Of a stretch of DNA of 64,000 nt, positions 62,041 through 64,000 are shown in pieces. The translations under genes were made by a program, and so were the position numbers. Position 1 is the first letter of the stretch. The number at the start of each line of letters is the position of its first letter. The DNA comes from Diadema antillarum (lineage: Eukaryota). The stretch is from assembly GCF_040938485.1 (NCBI RefSeq), contig NW_027271844.1, forward strand, positions 434,001 through 498,000, read 5' to 3'. The notes below the pieces were generated by a model, which saw only the letters and a list, made by a program, of their open reading frames with translations, had not been told where the DNA came from and did no database searches.

Positions 62041-63190
62041 GGTGATGTTGTGTCTAAATCATGATAAATTTTCACCGAAAAATATACATAGCACAAACAA
62101 TGATTGGTCTGCATCACGAAAACAGTAATAGCTTCCCACTAAAGAAGAAAAAAAAAAATCGCATTTCTAACGTGATGACGGGCATCAGAGCAAAAATCGA
62201 ACGAACTAAAGTATGCTTGTTACGAAATATAATCCGATATTCATGTCATCCACTCATATCCCTACTGGAAAGAACACAGTATTCCTGTGTGTGTTCACAG
62301 TGTGTTCGCATAGTCGACTATGTAAAATAAAAAGCGCGCATTTAACAGTATGAAGATGATTTCACTCTGTGGTGTGATTTTCACAGTGTTCTCATAGTAA
62401 TGGTTTGTTTCACACTGTGAATTGATGACTCACATTGCGTTCACACTGTTAAAACGCTTGAATTTCACAGTGTGAAGGGATTTCACACTGTGTTCAAACT
62501 GTGTTTCTCACACTGTAAGGATACCGTGTTCTTTCCACCAGAGATTCACTAACAATTGACTTCGATGCTATAGTATTCATTTCAGCACTGATTTAATTCG
62601 TATGTAGGCCTAAAAAGAAATGAAGTGTCGATAAGAGATAATATTTTGATTTGTATGAAGAGAGAAGGAAACATAAAATTAGTCAAGCCGAAAATGTAAC
62701 CTCGCAAACAGGTGGACAAGTTGCAACCTCTAAGTGTTTTTATATACAGACAACAAACTTGATTATCATTGACAATGATGATACAGGGGACTATCAAAGT
62801 GCAGTAACGTGACCAGAGCAGCTGATTAGCTTCATGGGGAATATATTTTCTCTTAAGTAATGAGAACCAAAACAAATTCTGCGTAATAGATAAAAAAATC
62901 CACTGGAAACTGGTCAGTTATCTCATAGCATTGATCTATTTCAATACTGGATATCTTTAAGCACAGCGATATGTCACAGGTATGTTACTCAGATTTTAAA
63001 GAATATACTTTCGTAGATACCGGCGGTAGCGTTATATAGGTTTGAGACTCAACGAGCTGTTTTTGGTTGTTGTTTTTTAATAAAAAACAAAACATTCGGG
63101 AAACAAGTCTTTTGTTCAAGCAAGATCCCCTCTCTGGAACAAGCTTCCTTTACATATTCGTACTATCTCCTACGTAGCTGGATTCTTTAA

Positions 63191-63552
63191 AGGGATGGTA
63201 TAGTATTGGTGGAGATGAGAATTAAGCTTTTAACTTTTTCCGAAATACCAAGAAAACACTTATGAAGTAGTACAGAGCATACCATTTTAAAAGGAATTCA
63301 AAGTTTATGTGATGAAAAGCGGTTTTGGAATGACCGAAACATCCTAAAACAAAGCGATCGTAATAAAAAATGGGTTCCACACTTTATTAAAATCGCTCTG
63401 TTTTGGATATCTCAGCCATTTCAAAATAAATTTTCATCAAATAAACGTTGAATTCCTCATGCTCTTTCATATTTCATAAGAGGTTTCTCAATATCCCACC
63501 AAAAAATGTTAGAAACCTGAAATTAGGCCTCAACCAAACCTATACGATCCCT
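63191..63552. mobile_element. MITE, Kolobok/T2-type
   Basis: TTAA|AGGGATGGTATAG ... CTATACGATCCCT|TTAA. Confidence 0.78.
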
Positions 63553-64000
63553 TTAAGACAGCACTAAAAAAAGAGAACTATTTCAGCTTAATAGCACAAG
63601 ATAAGTCAATGATGCAATTTTTAGATTCTTTCTTTCTCTTCTCCATTTATTTATTTATTTTATGCCACCACCATAGGCCACCACTATTGTAGTTTGCTGC
63701 TGTGTATTATATTTTCACCTGAAATAGAAAAATATCTTTAAATGGGATTGTAATGTTTTAGTTGCCTTTGCAAGGTTGGACAGCTTCTTAATTGCCAGAT
63801 TGAAGACTATTGTTAGATTCGCAACATATTCAGAAGATTAACGTTCCCGTTTCCTGTCAATTTGGTACAGATATAATTACCTACTGAAGCAGTTCCCATC
63901 TAATATTTCCACCTAAAACACAAGAAACCATATTCGAGGTGCCAATTGAAGAATGACTGAAAGATTACTTCTGTAGCAAAACGTCCTCCTCCACTTCTGG

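Overview
Eukaryotic, intron-rich, AT-rich genomic DNA with two small N gaps. The repeat landscape and gene families suggest an invertebrate deuterostome, probably an echinoderm (inference). Three spliced genes could be rebuilt by hand with consistent GT-AG junctions and phases. (1) A 10-exon sialin-like SLC17 anion transporter on the minus strand (2967-31811, 562 aa) with a ~20-kb first coding intron. (2) An 8-exon plus-strand gene (33737-47838, 402 aa) missed as a whole by the ORF track, encoding signal peptide - Ig domain - transmembrane helix - cytoplasmic IFI44-like P-loop GTPase domain, an unusual candidate immune receptor. (3) A 3-exon minus-strand somatomedin-B + class B 7TM receptor (56577-62040, 916 aa). 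The most striking non-coding structure is an 11.3-kb almost fully palindromic element (14901-26231) with Polinton/Maverick-type AGTAGT...ACTACT ends, a 6-bp target-site duplication, octamer-rich subrepeats and a 24-nt fold-back junction; it looks like a snap-back defective Polinton. Also present: a minimal hammerhead ribozyme inside a Penelope-like inverted duplication, a nested piggyBac-MITE / Academ-like / LINE stack whose TIRs carry perfect nuclear-receptor DR4 and IR1 sites, a Vingi-like LINE relic, SINEs and many MITEs. All calls are by eye; no database searches or alignments were run.
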